From: Candidatus Moraniibacteriota bacterium
Lineage (GTDB): Bacteria > Patescibacteriota > Minisyncoccia > Moranbacterales > UBA2206
Direction of reading: 5' to 3'
DNA: 64,000 nucleotides
Assembly (NCBI GenBank): GCA_049297495.1
Contig: JBAQUL010000015.1
Location: forward strand, 609 to 64,608
Shown here: positions 27,470 through 37,679 of the stretch, in pieces
Layout: each line of letters begins with the position of its first letter
Numbering within the stretch: position 1 is the first letter of the stretch
Program-made: the position numbers and the translations under genes
Notes under the pieces: generated by a model
The model's input: the letters and a program-made list of their open reading frames with translations, nothing else
Told to the model about the DNA's origin: nothing
Database searches by the model: none

Positions 27470-28552
27470 TTGCGATCTATGTGCCAAAATATTCTTTTTC
27501 TTTCAGAGCGAGATTTCTCAACTCTACCGGTAATCCGCTCGATTGATCGGCGTGTGTTCGGGATTTTTATCATGGGACCAAAGGCATCCCCAGTTCGGTT
27601 TTCGCGATTTTGTAGAAAATACTTTCCTTATCCAAAATATTCCGATACAAACAAAAACGAAATGCTTGTTGAATATGTTAATGCGGTTAGTAGTAAATAT
27701 GCGATAGATGTTATTATCCCATTGGACCTAGACTCAACACTTTGGGTGACGGAAAACAGGTACAATCTAAAAAAGCCAACATTGCCGGTCAGCAATGTTG
27801 ATGTGATAATGCGCCTGCATAATAAATGGGAACTGACGAAAATTCTTGATGAACTTTCCTTGGCGTATCCGAAAACAGTCTTGGTTGAAAGTGAGGCAGT
27901 CTTGATTGATGGATTGATGGAATTTCCCTTCTTAATGAAGCCGCTTGATCTGGATTCTTGTAATGGCATTGCAAGGATTTCGAACCTGGTGGATTTGGAC
28001 GGATATCGAAAAGCGCAATTTGAAGGCAGTGTATTTCCTGTCTTAGCGCAAAAGTATATTGATGGGTATGATATCGATCTGAGTCTTTTGGCAGTGGATG
28101 GAAAGATTATAAATTCGACGATCCAAAAATGGGTTAAGCACGGATTTCTTGAATTCATATCTAGCCCAGAGATTTATGCTATTGGCGAGAAGATTGTGGC
28201 GCATGAAAAGTATAGTGGTTTTTTGCATATTGATTTACGGGTTAATGGGGGGACTGGAGAAATTTTTGTGTTGGAATGTAACCCCAGAGCGTGGGGGACG
28301 ATGAATGCCTCAATTTTGACTGGAGTTGATTTTGTTTCTGATGCCGTTTCTTGCGTACTCCGTGAGCCTGTCTTGAATAGGGAAATGTCTAAAGAGACAT
28401 ATGTGACGTTTACTGAAGCATCGAAAATGATAATCAAAAAGCCTTGGAGATATTGGAGTATGTCAAAAATCAGTAAACGTGATTTTTTGATTGTGCTTAG
28501 CGATGCATTGGTATATTTTCTTCTTGTCTGGAGGATTTGGCGTAAAAAGTGA
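27470..28552 (+). CDS. ATP-grasp domain protein with a C-terminal transmembrane tail
   Basis: It has the ATP-grasp motif IDLRVNGGTGEIFVLECNPRAWGT and a pre-ATP-grasp N-terminal domain. The true start is uncertain. Confidence 0.55.
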   Translation: MRSMCQNILFLSERDFSTLPVIRSIDRRVFGIFIMGPKASPVRFSRFCRKYFPYPKYSDTNKNEMLVEYVNAVSSKYAIDVIIPLDLDSTLWVTENRYNLKKPTLPVSNVDVIMRLHNKWELTKILDELSLAYPKTVLVESEAVLIDGLMEFPFLMKPLDLDSCNGIARISNLVDLDGYRKAQFEGSVFPVLAQKYIDGYDIDLSLLAVDGKIINSTIQKWVKHGFLEFISSPEIYAIGEKIVAHEKYSGFLHIDLRVNGGTGEIFVLECNPRAWGTMNASILTGVDFVSDAVSCVLREPVLNREMSKETYVTFTEASKMIIKKPWRYWSMSKISKRDFLIVLSDALVYFLLVWRIWRKK

Positions 28553-28614
28553 CATTTGAGCAATATATTGGTATAATGGAGATATTGAGGGATGCTTATA
28601 GAAGACATTCATAG

Positions 28615-30786
28615 ATGCAAAAATATTTCGAAAAAGTTAAAATCTGGGGAAAAGAGCATTGGCCAATTTGGATGCTTGTTTTGATTTCCGCTGTTGTCTA
28701 CCATGCCTGGTTGTCTTTTGGAATTTTCACGCACGCTGACTATTGGTTTTGGTTTTCCGAGACAGCGCGTGATTTTTTGCACTATAGCGCCTGGGATTCT
28801 CAAATTAGTCTGGGTTCTTCCAATTTATTTTTATGGATGTGGGCCTGGAAAATTTTGCCAGCTTTTTTTGGCGCCTTTGATCTTGATTCTAATGTGGCGG
28901 ATAAGTTTGTTATTTTTTGGCCGTTTATTTTTCTTACCCCGCTTTTCAGTTATTTATTCGCAAAGCAAGTCTTGAAAAACAAACTTGGGGCATTTGTCTC
29001 TGCGCTTGTTTTTTCTTTTAATACCTATTATCTGGCGATTAATACCCAGGGGCATTTTTCCTTGTCACTCGCAGGGACATTTGCGCCACTGGCTATGTAT
29101 TTCTTTTGGCGCTACTTTGATCCTCCTTCGTCCGCCCGGAGCGGACTATGGCGGGACAAGCACGGGAAAAAAAATCTGATCGCTTCGGCGCTAGCCTGTC
29201 TTTTTGTGGGGGCCTATGATTTTCGTGTTTTCTATATCTTATTTTTTATTATTCTTGCTGTGCCTTTTTGGTTTCTTTTAGCACAAGAGGGGATAGGTCG
29301 GAAAAAAACGTTTTTTCGCCAAAATTTTTTCGCCATGGCGCTTTTTTTCTGCCTTGTTCTTTCGTTTAATCTTTTTTGGCTTATGCCTACGGCAATGACC
29401 GGCTCACTTGCCGGTAATGACATTTTGGCGCGTGATTTGGTGGGAAATAACTTTTCATTGGATATTGCTAAGACATTGACACTTTTTCATCCTTTTTGGA
29501 ATGGGGCCGAGCCAGTTTGGTTTGATACGCAAAAAATCCCAGTCTTTTTTTGGTTAATTCCAATAATGGCAATTTTGGGAGCTTACTGGAATAGGCGGAA
29601 TAAAAAAATCATTTTTTGGTTTGTCATCGCTCTTTTTGCCGTTTTTATTTCAAAGCAAGACGCGCTGCCTTTGAAAAGCGCCTATGTTTGGTTGCATGGA
29701 CATTTTCCCGGTTTCAATGCTTTTCGCGAAGCGAGTAAATTTTATGTCGCGATACTACTCGCATATTCCATCCTCATTGGCGCTTTTGTGGCCTATGTTT
29801 CCGAACATTACGCGAAGAAAAAGTATTTGAAATGGAGTGTTTTTCTTGGGGCAAGTTTAATTTTTCTTTGGAATGCGAAACCGATTTTAAGTGGGGAAAT
29901 GCATCGCATGTTCACCCCGCAAAAAATAGCTGAGGATGAATTGAAAATTCGTGACTATCAATTTTTGCAAGATGGATCATTTCGGACACTTTGGAATCCG
30001 AGCGATTCTAAGTGGGCTAGTTTTTCCGCTTATCGTCCGAAAATAAATGAAATTGAGACAAGAAGAGATCGTTGGAAGAAAATCAAGGATTATGTCGGGT
30101 TGCAAGGTGGAGAGCCGGGCGGTGGAGAGAAAAATCAGTTGTTTTTTTCTGAAAATTTCGCTTCTCGCTTGCTTTCGCAGTCTGCCGTGCGCTATTTGAT
30201 TTCTGATAAGGGCAATCTTTTCATGGTGGAAAATTTACTATTAAATCCTGAATGGAAGAAAATAGATTTAGGACTGGAAGGTAAGTTGATTTTTGAAAAC
30301 GAAAAAGTTCGTCCTCGAGTCTATTTGACGAATGAAGCGGAAACAATTCATCGTGAAGTTGCTTTTCAATCAGTAGCGGACCTTTCTATGGAAAACTCTT
30401 CGCGCTGGAACTTTGTACTCAAAAAATCAGCCGATCCGGTTTGGCTCAATTTTTCGGAAAGCTATCACCCCGATTGGCAGATAGTTTGTGGCGGTACTCC
30501 GTGGTATGAAATGATTTTGAAGAAAAATGTTTTTTCGCTTGAAAATCACCGAGCAACTGATGCTGGTCTGAATACATTTCTTCTTAATCCCAATGAACTG
30601 CAAAAAACCTGTTCGGTCGGAAAAAACGGTGAAATAGCCCTGAGTCTCTATTATCGCCCCCAAAGCTATCTCTATCTCGGCGGAATAGTCTCGCTTACAG
30701 CTATCTTTCTTTCACTTCTGACGCTTGTTTTTTGGAGAGAAAAGAGGCATAATGGGAATACTGCTCAAAAAGAAAAAAGAGGATGA
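28615..30786 (+). CDS. Large polytopic membrane protein, a second GT-C-like candidate
   Basis: It has at least ten N-terminal transmembrane helices, an extracytoplasmic domain and a C-terminal transmembrane anchor. Confidence 0.5.
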   Translation: MQKYFEKVKIWGKEHWPIWMLVLISAVVYHAWLSFGIFTHADYWFWFSETARDFLHYSAWDSQISLGSSNLFLWMWAWKILPAFFGAFDLDSNVADKFVIFWPFIFLTPLFSYLFAKQVLKNKLGAFVSALVFSFNTYYLAINTQGHFSLSLAGTFAPLAMYFFWRYFDPPSSARSGLWRDKHGKKNLIASALACLFVGAYDFRVFYILFFIILAVPFWFLLAQEGIGRKKTFFRQNFFAMALFFCLVLSFNLFWLMPTAMTGSLAGNDILARDLVGNNFSLDIAKTLTLFHPFWNGAEPVWFDTQKIPVFFWLIPIMAILGAYWNRRNKKIIFWFVIALFAVFISKQDALPLKSAYVWLHGHFPGFNAFREASKFYVAILLAYSILIGAFVAYVSEHYAKKKYLKWSVFLGASLIFLWNAKPILSGEMHRMFTPQKIAEDELKIRDYQFLQDGSFRTLWNPSDSKWASFSAYRPKINEIETRRDRWKKIKDYVGLQGGEPGGGEKNQLFFSENFASRLLSQSAVRYLISDKGNLFMVENLLLNPEWKKIDLGLEGKLIFENEKVRPRVYLTNEAETIHREVAFQSVADLSMENSSRWNFVLKKSADPVWLNFSESYHPDWQIVCGGTPWYEMILKKNVFSLENHRATDAGLNTFLLNPNELQKTCSVGKNGEIALSLYYRPQSYLYLGGIVSLTAIFLSLLTLVFWREKRHNGNTAQKEKRG

Positions 30787-32495
30787 AAAAATGGGATCAT
30801 AGAAAATTAGTTGGTTTTGTTGAAAAGGAAAAACGCATTTTTTTTGCGCTAGGCTTTTTGGTGTTGGCTTTCACTGTCAACTATGTGCTCTATGCTAATC
30901 ATAAAAAAACTACCGAGTCGTGCACAGAAGGGAAGTGTTTGATTGCTCTGCCGGAAAAACCACAACTGACAAAAGAAAGCGGTTATTACTACATGGACGA
31001 TATATTTAAAGATCAGCCGTCTGGTTTTTATCGCCTGACTTTTCAGGGAAAAGCAGATCAAGCTGAGCAGGTACTTTTGAAATTAAATACCTATTCTGAA
31101 AAAGAAAACCAGCTCGAGACATTGACATTCGAGCCTTCAGCTAAATTTCAAAAACAAGAGGTGTTTTTCTTTCTACCGGATGGCTTTGATAGCTTGTTGT
31201 TTCAAAAAGAAAATCCAAGTTCTTCTGGGAATATTTTTATTCAGGGGGTTGGGATAACTAAGCTTAACATTACTGATAAATCAGAATTGGCTTTGCTAAA
31301 AAAGACTGTCATAGGAGAAACAGATATGGATATGGTCAAAATCAGTCAGTCGGTTTCCAACCATTCTTTCCCATGGCTCAAAGAAAACAAGATCGTGCTG
31401 GGACAAATTTTTCAAGCTGATGAGTCCGTCATTTCTGCGGTGGAGTTCAAGATTGATATAAATAAGAATCTCAATCCAGGCAGTCGGCAATATGTCTTGA
31501 GTTTGAGAGAGGCGAAATACAGCGGAGACAAGGTTTCTTTGGTTGGCCCAACAATTGTTGACGTGACTTTTTCGATGAGTAGTATTGAGAAATATCGGCA
31601 AACCGATGGCTCTTTTCTCTTCCCAATCTATGCGACGCTGGAAAAAGGCAAGCATTATCTTTTAGGCGTGGATAATTCCAAGGTAGGCGTTAGCAATCAG
31701 AATTTTTTGGAGTTTAGGGGTGCAAAAGATGATGGTAGCTATCCTAATGGTTCTGCGGTGATGCGGAGGTATAAGGAGCTGTATAAGATTGATGGTGATT
31801 TGTATTTCAAGATTCATGGTGCAAACCTATTGGTGGAAGATGGCGAGAAGATTTTAAATGGTGCTAAGATTGAATATCTAGGCAAGGGAACTGGCAAGTA
31901 TTCCTATGCTACCAAGGGAAAGTTTATTGACTTGCTTGACCTGGAAACTGCCTCTCCGGGAACGGAATTTAGTGATAATGACAAAGTGGTTTATGCCCTT
32001 GCCAAAGATAATGCCAGTTTTAGCTATACTGTGAATACACTTTATCCAATCAGTAAAATGAATTTCTCCGCCACGCAAGTTAAGGCGGGCTGGAAAAGAG
32101 TTAAGGTTAGTTATTCTTTTGACCAAAACAATTGGACGGATTTGGCTGCTTCTGAGAAATCAGAAGTTATGATTAATCCTGCGGATAGCTTGGCAGCAGA
32201 TCAAGTAGTTTCCGCCGATAGTGCGGATATTGATACGGCGGAGGGCAGCGATGCACCAGTAACTAGCGATTCTCCAGCTGATGTGATTGATAGCGCCGTC
32301 GAAGGAACGGTGCAGGAGACTGTGCAAGTGTTTGACGCAGAAATTATTCCCACCAAAGAGGTAAAAACAGTTTATTTTAAGATTACCTATGATCCGACTG
32401 ATATGAGCAAGGGAAAATCTTTTGCGCTCAAGAATTTAAAAATTACCGCTGATTTAAAAATAAGCCCGCCACTCGCCAGTGACCGGTTGAAATGA
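30783..32495 (+). CDS. Membrane-anchored extracellular protein (hypothetical)
   Basis: It has a single N-terminal transmembrane helix. The rest is hydrophilic with an Ser/Asp/Ala-rich C-terminal region. Its start overlaps the upstream stop (ATGA). Confidence 0.45.
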   Translation: MKKWDHRKLVGFVEKEKRIFFALGFLVLAFTVNYVLYANHKKTTESCTEGKCLIALPEKPQLTKESGYYYMDDIFKDQPSGFYRLTFQGKADQAEQVLLKLNTYSEKENQLETLTFEPSAKFQKQEVFFFLPDGFDSLLFQKENPSSSGNIFIQGVGITKLNITDKSELALLKKTVIGETDMDMVKISQSVSNHSFPWLKENKIVLGQIFQADESVISAVEFKIDINKNLNPGSRQYVLSLREAKYSGDKVSLVGPTIVDVTFSMSSIEKYRQTDGSFLFPIYATLEKGKHYLLGVDNSKVGVSNQNFLEFRGAKDDGSYPNGSAVMRRYKELYKIDGDLYFKIHGANLLVEDGEKILNGAKIEYLGKGTGKYSYATKGKFIDLLDLETASPGTEFSDNDKVVYALAKDNASFSYTVNTLYPISKMNFSATQVKAGWKRVKVSYSFDQNNWTDLAASEKSEVMINPADSLAADQVVSADSADIDTAEGSDAPVTSDSPADVIDSAVEGTVQETVQVFDAEIIPTKEVKTVYFKITYDPTDMSKGKSFALKNLKITADLKISPPLASDRLK

Positions 32496-32501
32496 ACCGC
32501 T

Positions 32502-32843
32502 ATGCTTAAAAAACTATTTAAAAAAAATTCCCTCAAGATGTACCTGGAAGCAGGACTGCTTTTACTATCCTTGGGCATGGGGATTTATTTCCAGTGGGAA
32601 ATCGCTAATCTTATTTTTTTCTTGCTTTTTGTGATTCTGATTCTTCATCCCGTTGCCAGTCGTTTCGCGGCTTTTGGCGCAATTGGCTTTCTCGTTGTGA
32701 CTGCAATTCTTCTTGTGGCAAAGCAAAGTGATTGGGCCGATACAAGCGCTATTTGGGCCTATTACCTCATGATTTTCACTGCCATGCTTTCTTTTTCCGA
32801 ATTGCAAGAGCCAACGGATAGTGCTATAATCAATAAGAATTAA
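32502..32843 (+). CDS. Small membrane protein with three to four transmembrane helices, a possible GtrA-like partner of the downstream GtrB-like glycosyltransferase
   Basis: The size, hydrophobicity and position immediately upstream of a polyprenyl-phosphate glycosyltransferase are suggestive. No GtrA motif is confirmed. Confidence 0.3.
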   Translation: MLKKLFKKNSLKMYLEAGLLLLSLGMGIYFQWEIANLIFFLLFVILILHPVASRFAAFGAIGFLVVTAILLVAKQSDWADTSAIWAYYLMIFTAMLSFSELQEPTDSAIINKN

Positions 32844-32863
32844 ATATTATTAACTAAGAAAGT

Positions 32864-33805
32864 ATGGAAGAAAAAAAACCGGAGTTGTCAATTGTTTCTT
32901 CAATGTATAATGAAGAAGGAAATGTAAGAGAGATGCATAGGCGGGTTGTGGAGGCCTGTGAAAAATTAGGCAAAAGTTATGAAATTATTTTTATCAACGA
33001 TGGTTCCACAGACAAAACTCTTGAGAACTGTAAGGGCCTAACGCCACTCAAGTTGATTAACTTTCGAAAATGGTTTGGTCAAACGGCTGGATTCGACGCG
33101 GGAATAAAAAATTCCAAGGGAGATATTATTATCACAACAGACAGTGATTTGCAAAATGATCCAGCTGATATTCATTTGCTCTTGGAAGAAATGGATAAAG
33201 GCTATGACGTCGTAGCGGGTTGGCGTTGGCAAAGAAAGGACTCCTTGAGTAAAAAGATATTCTCTCGTGGCGCGAATCTTTTGCGTAAGATTCTCATTCA
33301 AGACAAAATTCATGATAGCGGCTGCAGTCTTAAGGCATATAGGAGAGAATGCTTTAATGACATTGATCTCTATGGTGAGATGCATCGTTTTATTCCAGCC
33401 ATCCTGGAAATGCAAGGCTATCGGGTTGGAGAAGTGAAGGTGTCACATCATCCGCGAACTCGTGGTGTGACCTTCTATAACTGGAAGAGAGGAATTAAGG
33501 GTTTTGTGGATATGGTTTCAATTTGGTTTTGGCGTAAATATGCCAATCGCCCCTTGCATCTTTTTGGTGGGAGCGGGATAGCGTTGTCATTTTTGGGATT
33601 TTTAATCTTAATTTGGATGGCGATTGAAAAAATATTTTTTGGCGCTTCACTTTCAGAAAAAATCTGGCCCTTGATGGGAATATTTTTGATCCTTATCGGT
33701 ATCCAGTTATTTATTTTCGGACTTTTGGCTGACATTCTCATTAAAAATTACTACAAAAGCCAAGGGCATATGAATTATTCGATTAAAGAAATAATCGAAA
33801 GCTAA
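32864..33805 (+). CDS. Polyprenyl-phosphate glycosyltransferase (GtrB / DPM1 / ArnC-like GT2)
   Basis: It has LSIVSSMYNEEGNV, INDGSTDKT, DSDLQNDP, and two C-terminal transmembrane helices typical of this subfamily. Confidence 0.8.
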   Translation: MEEKKPELSIVSSMYNEEGNVREMHRRVVEACEKLGKSYEIIFINDGSTDKTLENCKGLTPLKLINFRKWFGQTAGFDAGIKNSKGDIIITTDSDLQNDPADIHLLLEEMDKGYDVVAGWRWQRKDSLSKKIFSRGANLLRKILIQDKIHDSGCSLKAYRRECFNDIDLYGEMHRFIPAILEMQGYRVGEVKVSHHPRTRGVTFYNWKRGIKGFVDMVSIWFWRKYANRPLHLFGGSGIALSFLGFLILIWMAIEKIFFGASLSEKIWPLMGIFLILIGIQLFIFGLLADILIKNYYKSQGHMNYSIKEIIES

Positions 33806-33917
33806 TTAATTTATCTGAAGAAATAGGAGCCATGCTGTGGGCAGCAATTAAAGGTATAAAGGAAAAAGCCTGAAAGTTGTTGTTATATGTTGCATGCTTC
33901 ATGTTTCATGAATTATT

Positions 33918-35252
33918 ATGAAGATTGCAGTCATTGGAACGGGGTATGTTGGTTCAGTTACTGGGGCATGTTTTGCCGAAATGGGCAACACAGTTATTTG
34001 CGTAGACAAAGATCAAAAGAAAATTGATCAATTTAGTTCTGGCAAGGTGCCACTGCACGAAGATGATCTTGATGAATTGGTGGAAGAAAACTTGAAAGCG
34101 AAAACTTTGCGTTTCACTACTAATTTCGAAGAAGCCTTGAAAGCGAGTAATATTCTATTTATCGCTGTTGGCACGCCACCCAATGAAGATGGTAGTGCTG
34201 ATCTCAGTCATGTTCTTGACGTCGCTCGTTCAATCGGTCAAATAATTGATCATCCTCTGATTGTGGTGGACAAATCCACTGTGCCGGTTGGTACGGCTGA
34301 GTTGGTTCGAGCAACGATTGCCGAGGAGCAAAAAAAGCGCGGTTCCAATATTCCTTTTCATGTTGTGAGTAATCCGGAATTTCTTGCTCAGGGCTCAGCT
34401 GTCAAAGATTTCATGGATCCAAGTCGAGTGGTTATTGGGGCAGATGATCCGGCAGTAATTGAAACAATGCGCGAGCTATATGGCCCATTTATGCGCAGAG
34501 AAAGTCGATTTTTCGCTATGGATCCGAAAACGGCCGAAACGGTTAAATATGCAGCCAATAGTTTTCTAGCGGTCAAAATTTCTACTAGTAGTGAACTCGC
34601 TAATATTTGTGCGCGTGTCGGGGCTGATTTCAATCACGTTCGACAAGCGATTGGCGCAGATCCGAGAATCGGTGAACATTTTATCTATGCCGGACCAGGT
34701 TTTGGCGGTAGTTGCTTTCCGAAAGACGTGAAAGCCTTGGTCAAAATTGCCAAAGATCATGGCTATGACGCCGAGATGTTCAAGCAAACTCTTGCTACGA
34801 ATGAAAAGCAAAAACAGGTCCTCAGTAACATGATTGTGGATAAATTTGGGCAGGACTTGAAGGGTAAGATCTTTTCTGTTTGGGGGTTGGCTTTCAAGGC
34901 GGGAACGGATGATATGCGCGAATCTGCCGCTATAACAATCATCAACAAGCTCATTAGTCTCGGAGCGAAAATTCAAGCCCATGATCCCGAAGCAATGGCA
35001 ATGGCGAAAACTCCGGCATATTTTGGTGACAATGCGAGCATTACTTATTTCGAAAGTAAATATGACGCGCTTGATCACGCTGATGCGCTACTAGTCATCA
35101 CAGAATGGAAAGAATTTAGAAGTGTTGATTTTGATGAAATCAAAAAACGTCTAAAGCAAGCTGTGGTTTTCGATGGACGACTGCTCTATGAGCCAAAAAA
35201 AATGAAGGAACTTGGCTTTGAATACCACTCAATTGGTCGCGCTTCTTTGTAA
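33918..35252 (+). CDS. ugd: UDP-glucose 6-dehydrogenase
   Basis: It has an N-terminal MKIAVIGTGYVGSVTGACFA NAD-binding fold and the catalytic GFGGSCFPKDV motif, with full-length 444-aa architecture. Confidence 0.85.
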   Translation: MKIAVIGTGYVGSVTGACFAEMGNTVICVDKDQKKIDQFSSGKVPLHEDDLDELVEENLKAKTLRFTTNFEEALKASNILFIAVGTPPNEDGSADLSHVLDVARSIGQIIDHPLIVVDKSTVPVGTAELVRATIAEEQKKRGSNIPFHVVSNPEFLAQGSAVKDFMDPSRVVIGADDPAVIETMRELYGPFMRRESRFFAMDPKTAETVKYAANSFLAVKISTSSELANICARVGADFNHVRQAIGADPRIGEHFIYAGPGFGGSCFPKDVKALVKIAKDHGYDAEMFKQTLATNEKQKQVLSNMIVDKFGQDLKGKIFSVWGLAFKAGTDDMRESAAITIINKLISLGAKIQAHDPEAMAMAKTPAYFGDNASITYFESKYDALDHADALLVITEWKEFRSVDFDEIKKRLKQAVVFDGRLLYEPKKMKELGFEYHSIGRASL

Positions 35253-35306
35253 ATCTATATCACGCGACTTGAAGCTCGGTGCGGTAAATGCGGAAATTAC
35301 ACAATT

Positions 35307-36479
35307 ATGAAAATATTATTCTTCAACTATGAATATCCGCCGTTGGGCGCCGGAGCGGCTAATGCGACGGAATGTATTTTGCGTGAATTTGTCAAAATGC
35401 CTGAGTTGGAGTTGGATTTGGTTACATCTTCGATTGATGAGAAATATCATCTCGTGAAATTAGGAGAAAAAATCAGAATTCATCGACTGCCCATTGGGAA
35501 AAATGCGGAAAAATTACACTTTCAATCACAAAAAGATTTATTGGTCTATTTATGGCGAGCGTATGATTTTTCTCGAAAGTTAGTGAGAGATGCGCGAAAA
35601 AATAACAAGCCGTATGATTTGACTCATTCCTTTTTTACCGTACCTTGTGGCTTTCTGTCCATGCTTTTGAAATTTGAATTCAAGTTGCCATATATCATTT
35701 CTCTGCGTGGATCAGACGTTCCATACTATAGCGATCGATTCACCTTTCTCTATAAACTAATTACCCCACTGATTAAATTTATTTGGAGCAGGTCTGCTCA
35801 GGTCATCTCCAACAGCGAGGGTTTGCGCGAATTAGCTTTCCGATCGAGCTCGCAGCAGAAAATTGAAATTATTTACAATGGGATCGACATAAAACAATTT
35901 TTTCCAAAGTCGGGAAGTGAAGTGGGGGACAGATTCATTCTTACTTCAGGAGCCTCAAGAATAACCGATAGAAAGGGGCTAGACTATCTCATTGAGGCAG
36001 TTGCGAAATTGGCGCCAAAATATCCTCAGATTTATTTGAAACTGATGGGGGATGGAAATGCGCGAGAAAGGTTAGAGCAATTCGTGAAAGATTCAAAGTT
36101 GGAAAAGAATGTTGTGCTCCTTGGTCGTATCCCGCATGAAATTGTGTTACCTTATTATCAGGAAGCGAGTCTTTTTGTTTTTCCATCACTTAACGAGGGG
36201 ATGAGTAATGCTATGCTAGAGGCTTTGGCGACCGGCTTGCCTTTAATCTCCACCAATACGGGAGGTGCAAGCGAATTGGTGATTGACGGAGAAAATGGGT
36301 TTATAATTAAATTTAAAGATAGTCAGGATATTGCCGACAAAATTGAAAAATTAATCCTCGACGAAGAATTGAGAAAGAAGATGGCGTTAGCAAGTAGAGC
36401 GTTGGCTGAAAAAATGAGCTGGGAAAGCGTGGCGCAGAAATATTTTGAAGTCTATAAGCAGGTCGGTAAAAATAAATAA
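35307..36479 (+). CDS. Family-4 glycosyltransferase
   Basis: It has the GT-B C-terminal motifs EGMSNAMLEALATGLPLIST. Confidence 0.7.
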   Translation: MKILFFNYEYPPLGAGAANATECILREFVKMPELELDLVTSSIDEKYHLVKLGEKIRIHRLPIGKNAEKLHFQSQKDLLVYLWRAYDFSRKLVRDARKNNKPYDLTHSFFTVPCGFLSMLLKFEFKLPYIISLRGSDVPYYSDRFTFLYKLITPLIKFIWSRSAQVISNSEGLRELAFRSSSQQKIEIIYNGIDIKQFFPKSGSEVGDRFILTSGASRITDRKGLDYLIEAVAKLAPKYPQIYLKLMGDGNARERLEQFVKDSKLEKNVVLLGRIPHEIVLPYYQEASLFVFPSLNEGMSNAMLEALATGLPLISTNTGGASELVIDGENGFIIKFKDSQDIADKIEKLILDEELRKKMALASRALAEKMSWESVAQKYFEVYKQVGKNK

Positions 36480-37468
36480 TGACTAAGAAGATGTCCGCCC
36501 AAGGCGGATCCGCCTTGGGCGGAACAAAAAAGATAGCGAAATTTACTCTAAAATTATTAGTCAGCCTAGGTCTTTTGGCCTGGGTGATTTTCAAGGTCGA
36601 GTGGGCCCAGACGTGGGTCTATTTGCAAAGAGTGCAGATTTGGCAAATAGTGCTCTATCTGTCTTTGGTCATTTTTGGAATGCTCATCTCTTCTTGGAAA
36701 TGGCAGCTTCTGTCAAAGTTCAAAGGCATTCATCGCCCATTTTTTGATCACTTCAAATTTTATCTGACAGGTGCTTTCGTGAATAATTTTATGCCATCAT
36801 TTATTGGAGGCGACACCTACCGCGCATTCCAACTGGGGAAACCGGAGAAAAAATATACCCAAGCGGCTTCAACGGTAGTTATTGATCGCGTTACCGGTCT
36901 TATCGCTGCCACAATTCTGGCGGTGGTGTTTAGCCTTTTGAATTTGGAAACTGTTCTCAAGAGCAATCTTTTGATTTTCATGAATTTGGCTATTATCGGT
37001 TCACTTGCTTTCGATTTAGTTCTCATGAGGATGAAAAAGATTGCCTATTTGCAAAAACTGGCAGCAAAATATCTGCCAGAAAAGATTCTCCATTTTCTTC
37101 GTGAGCTCGAAGCCTATAGTCATGATCATGGCGTGCTCTGGCAAGCGATTGGTTGGGGTTGCGTGTTTACTTTCTTGGGAATGGCGATGTCAAATTATGT
37201 GCTCATGCTTGCCTTGGGCGTGCATATCGGCCTTCTTGACTATTTATCGGTCATATTTCTCATTACAATTGTTTCTTCAATTCCCATCACAATTAATAAC
37301 ATCGGTCTCAAGGAATGGGCTTATGTGACTTTCTTTGGACTATTTGGCGTAAATAGTTCGCTGATTATTATTGTGGCGATTCTTGGGCGTTTTTTTCAAA
37401 TGGCGCTTAGTTTTACTGCGCTTCCCATGTATCTTAAGACAAAAAAAGATATTCCGGTCGAAAATTAG
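36479..37468 (+). CDS. Flippase-like / lysylphosphatidylglycerol-synthase-transmembrane-region family membrane protein
   Basis: Its N-terminus resembles the TIGR00374-type flippase-like domain (KFTLKLLVSLGLLAWVIFKV). It has about eight transmembrane helices. Confidence 0.5.
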   Translation: MTKKMSAQGGSALGGTKKIAKFTLKLLVSLGLLAWVIFKVEWAQTWVYLQRVQIWQIVLYLSLVIFGMLISSWKWQLLSKFKGIHRPFFDHFKFYLTGAFVNNFMPSFIGGDTYRAFQLGKPEKKYTQAASTVVIDRVTGLIAATILAVVFSLLNLETVLKSNLLIFMNLAIIGSLAFDLVLMRMKKIAYLQKLAAKYLPEKILHFLRELEAYSHDHGVLWQAIGWGCVFTFLGMAMSNYVLMLALGVHIGLLDYLSVIFLITIVSSIPITINNIGLKEWAYVTFFGLFGVNSSLIIIVAILGRFFQMALSFTALPMYLKTKKDIPVEN

Positions 37469-37679
37469 ATCTTTTTTATCTTCCTGTATCAATCCCGCCA
37501 ACGCGGTTTTTTTTGCTTTAATTGAGGATTTAACGGCAAGTTTGGATTGATTAGGTTTGCAAGGCTTGACAGGTAGTAGGAAAATGTGTTAAAATTTTGC
37601 TTACATTTTGACGCGTGAAAAAAATAGCACTAATTATTAATAAAAAAATGAAAAAATTAATAATTAATAAAAATAATTT

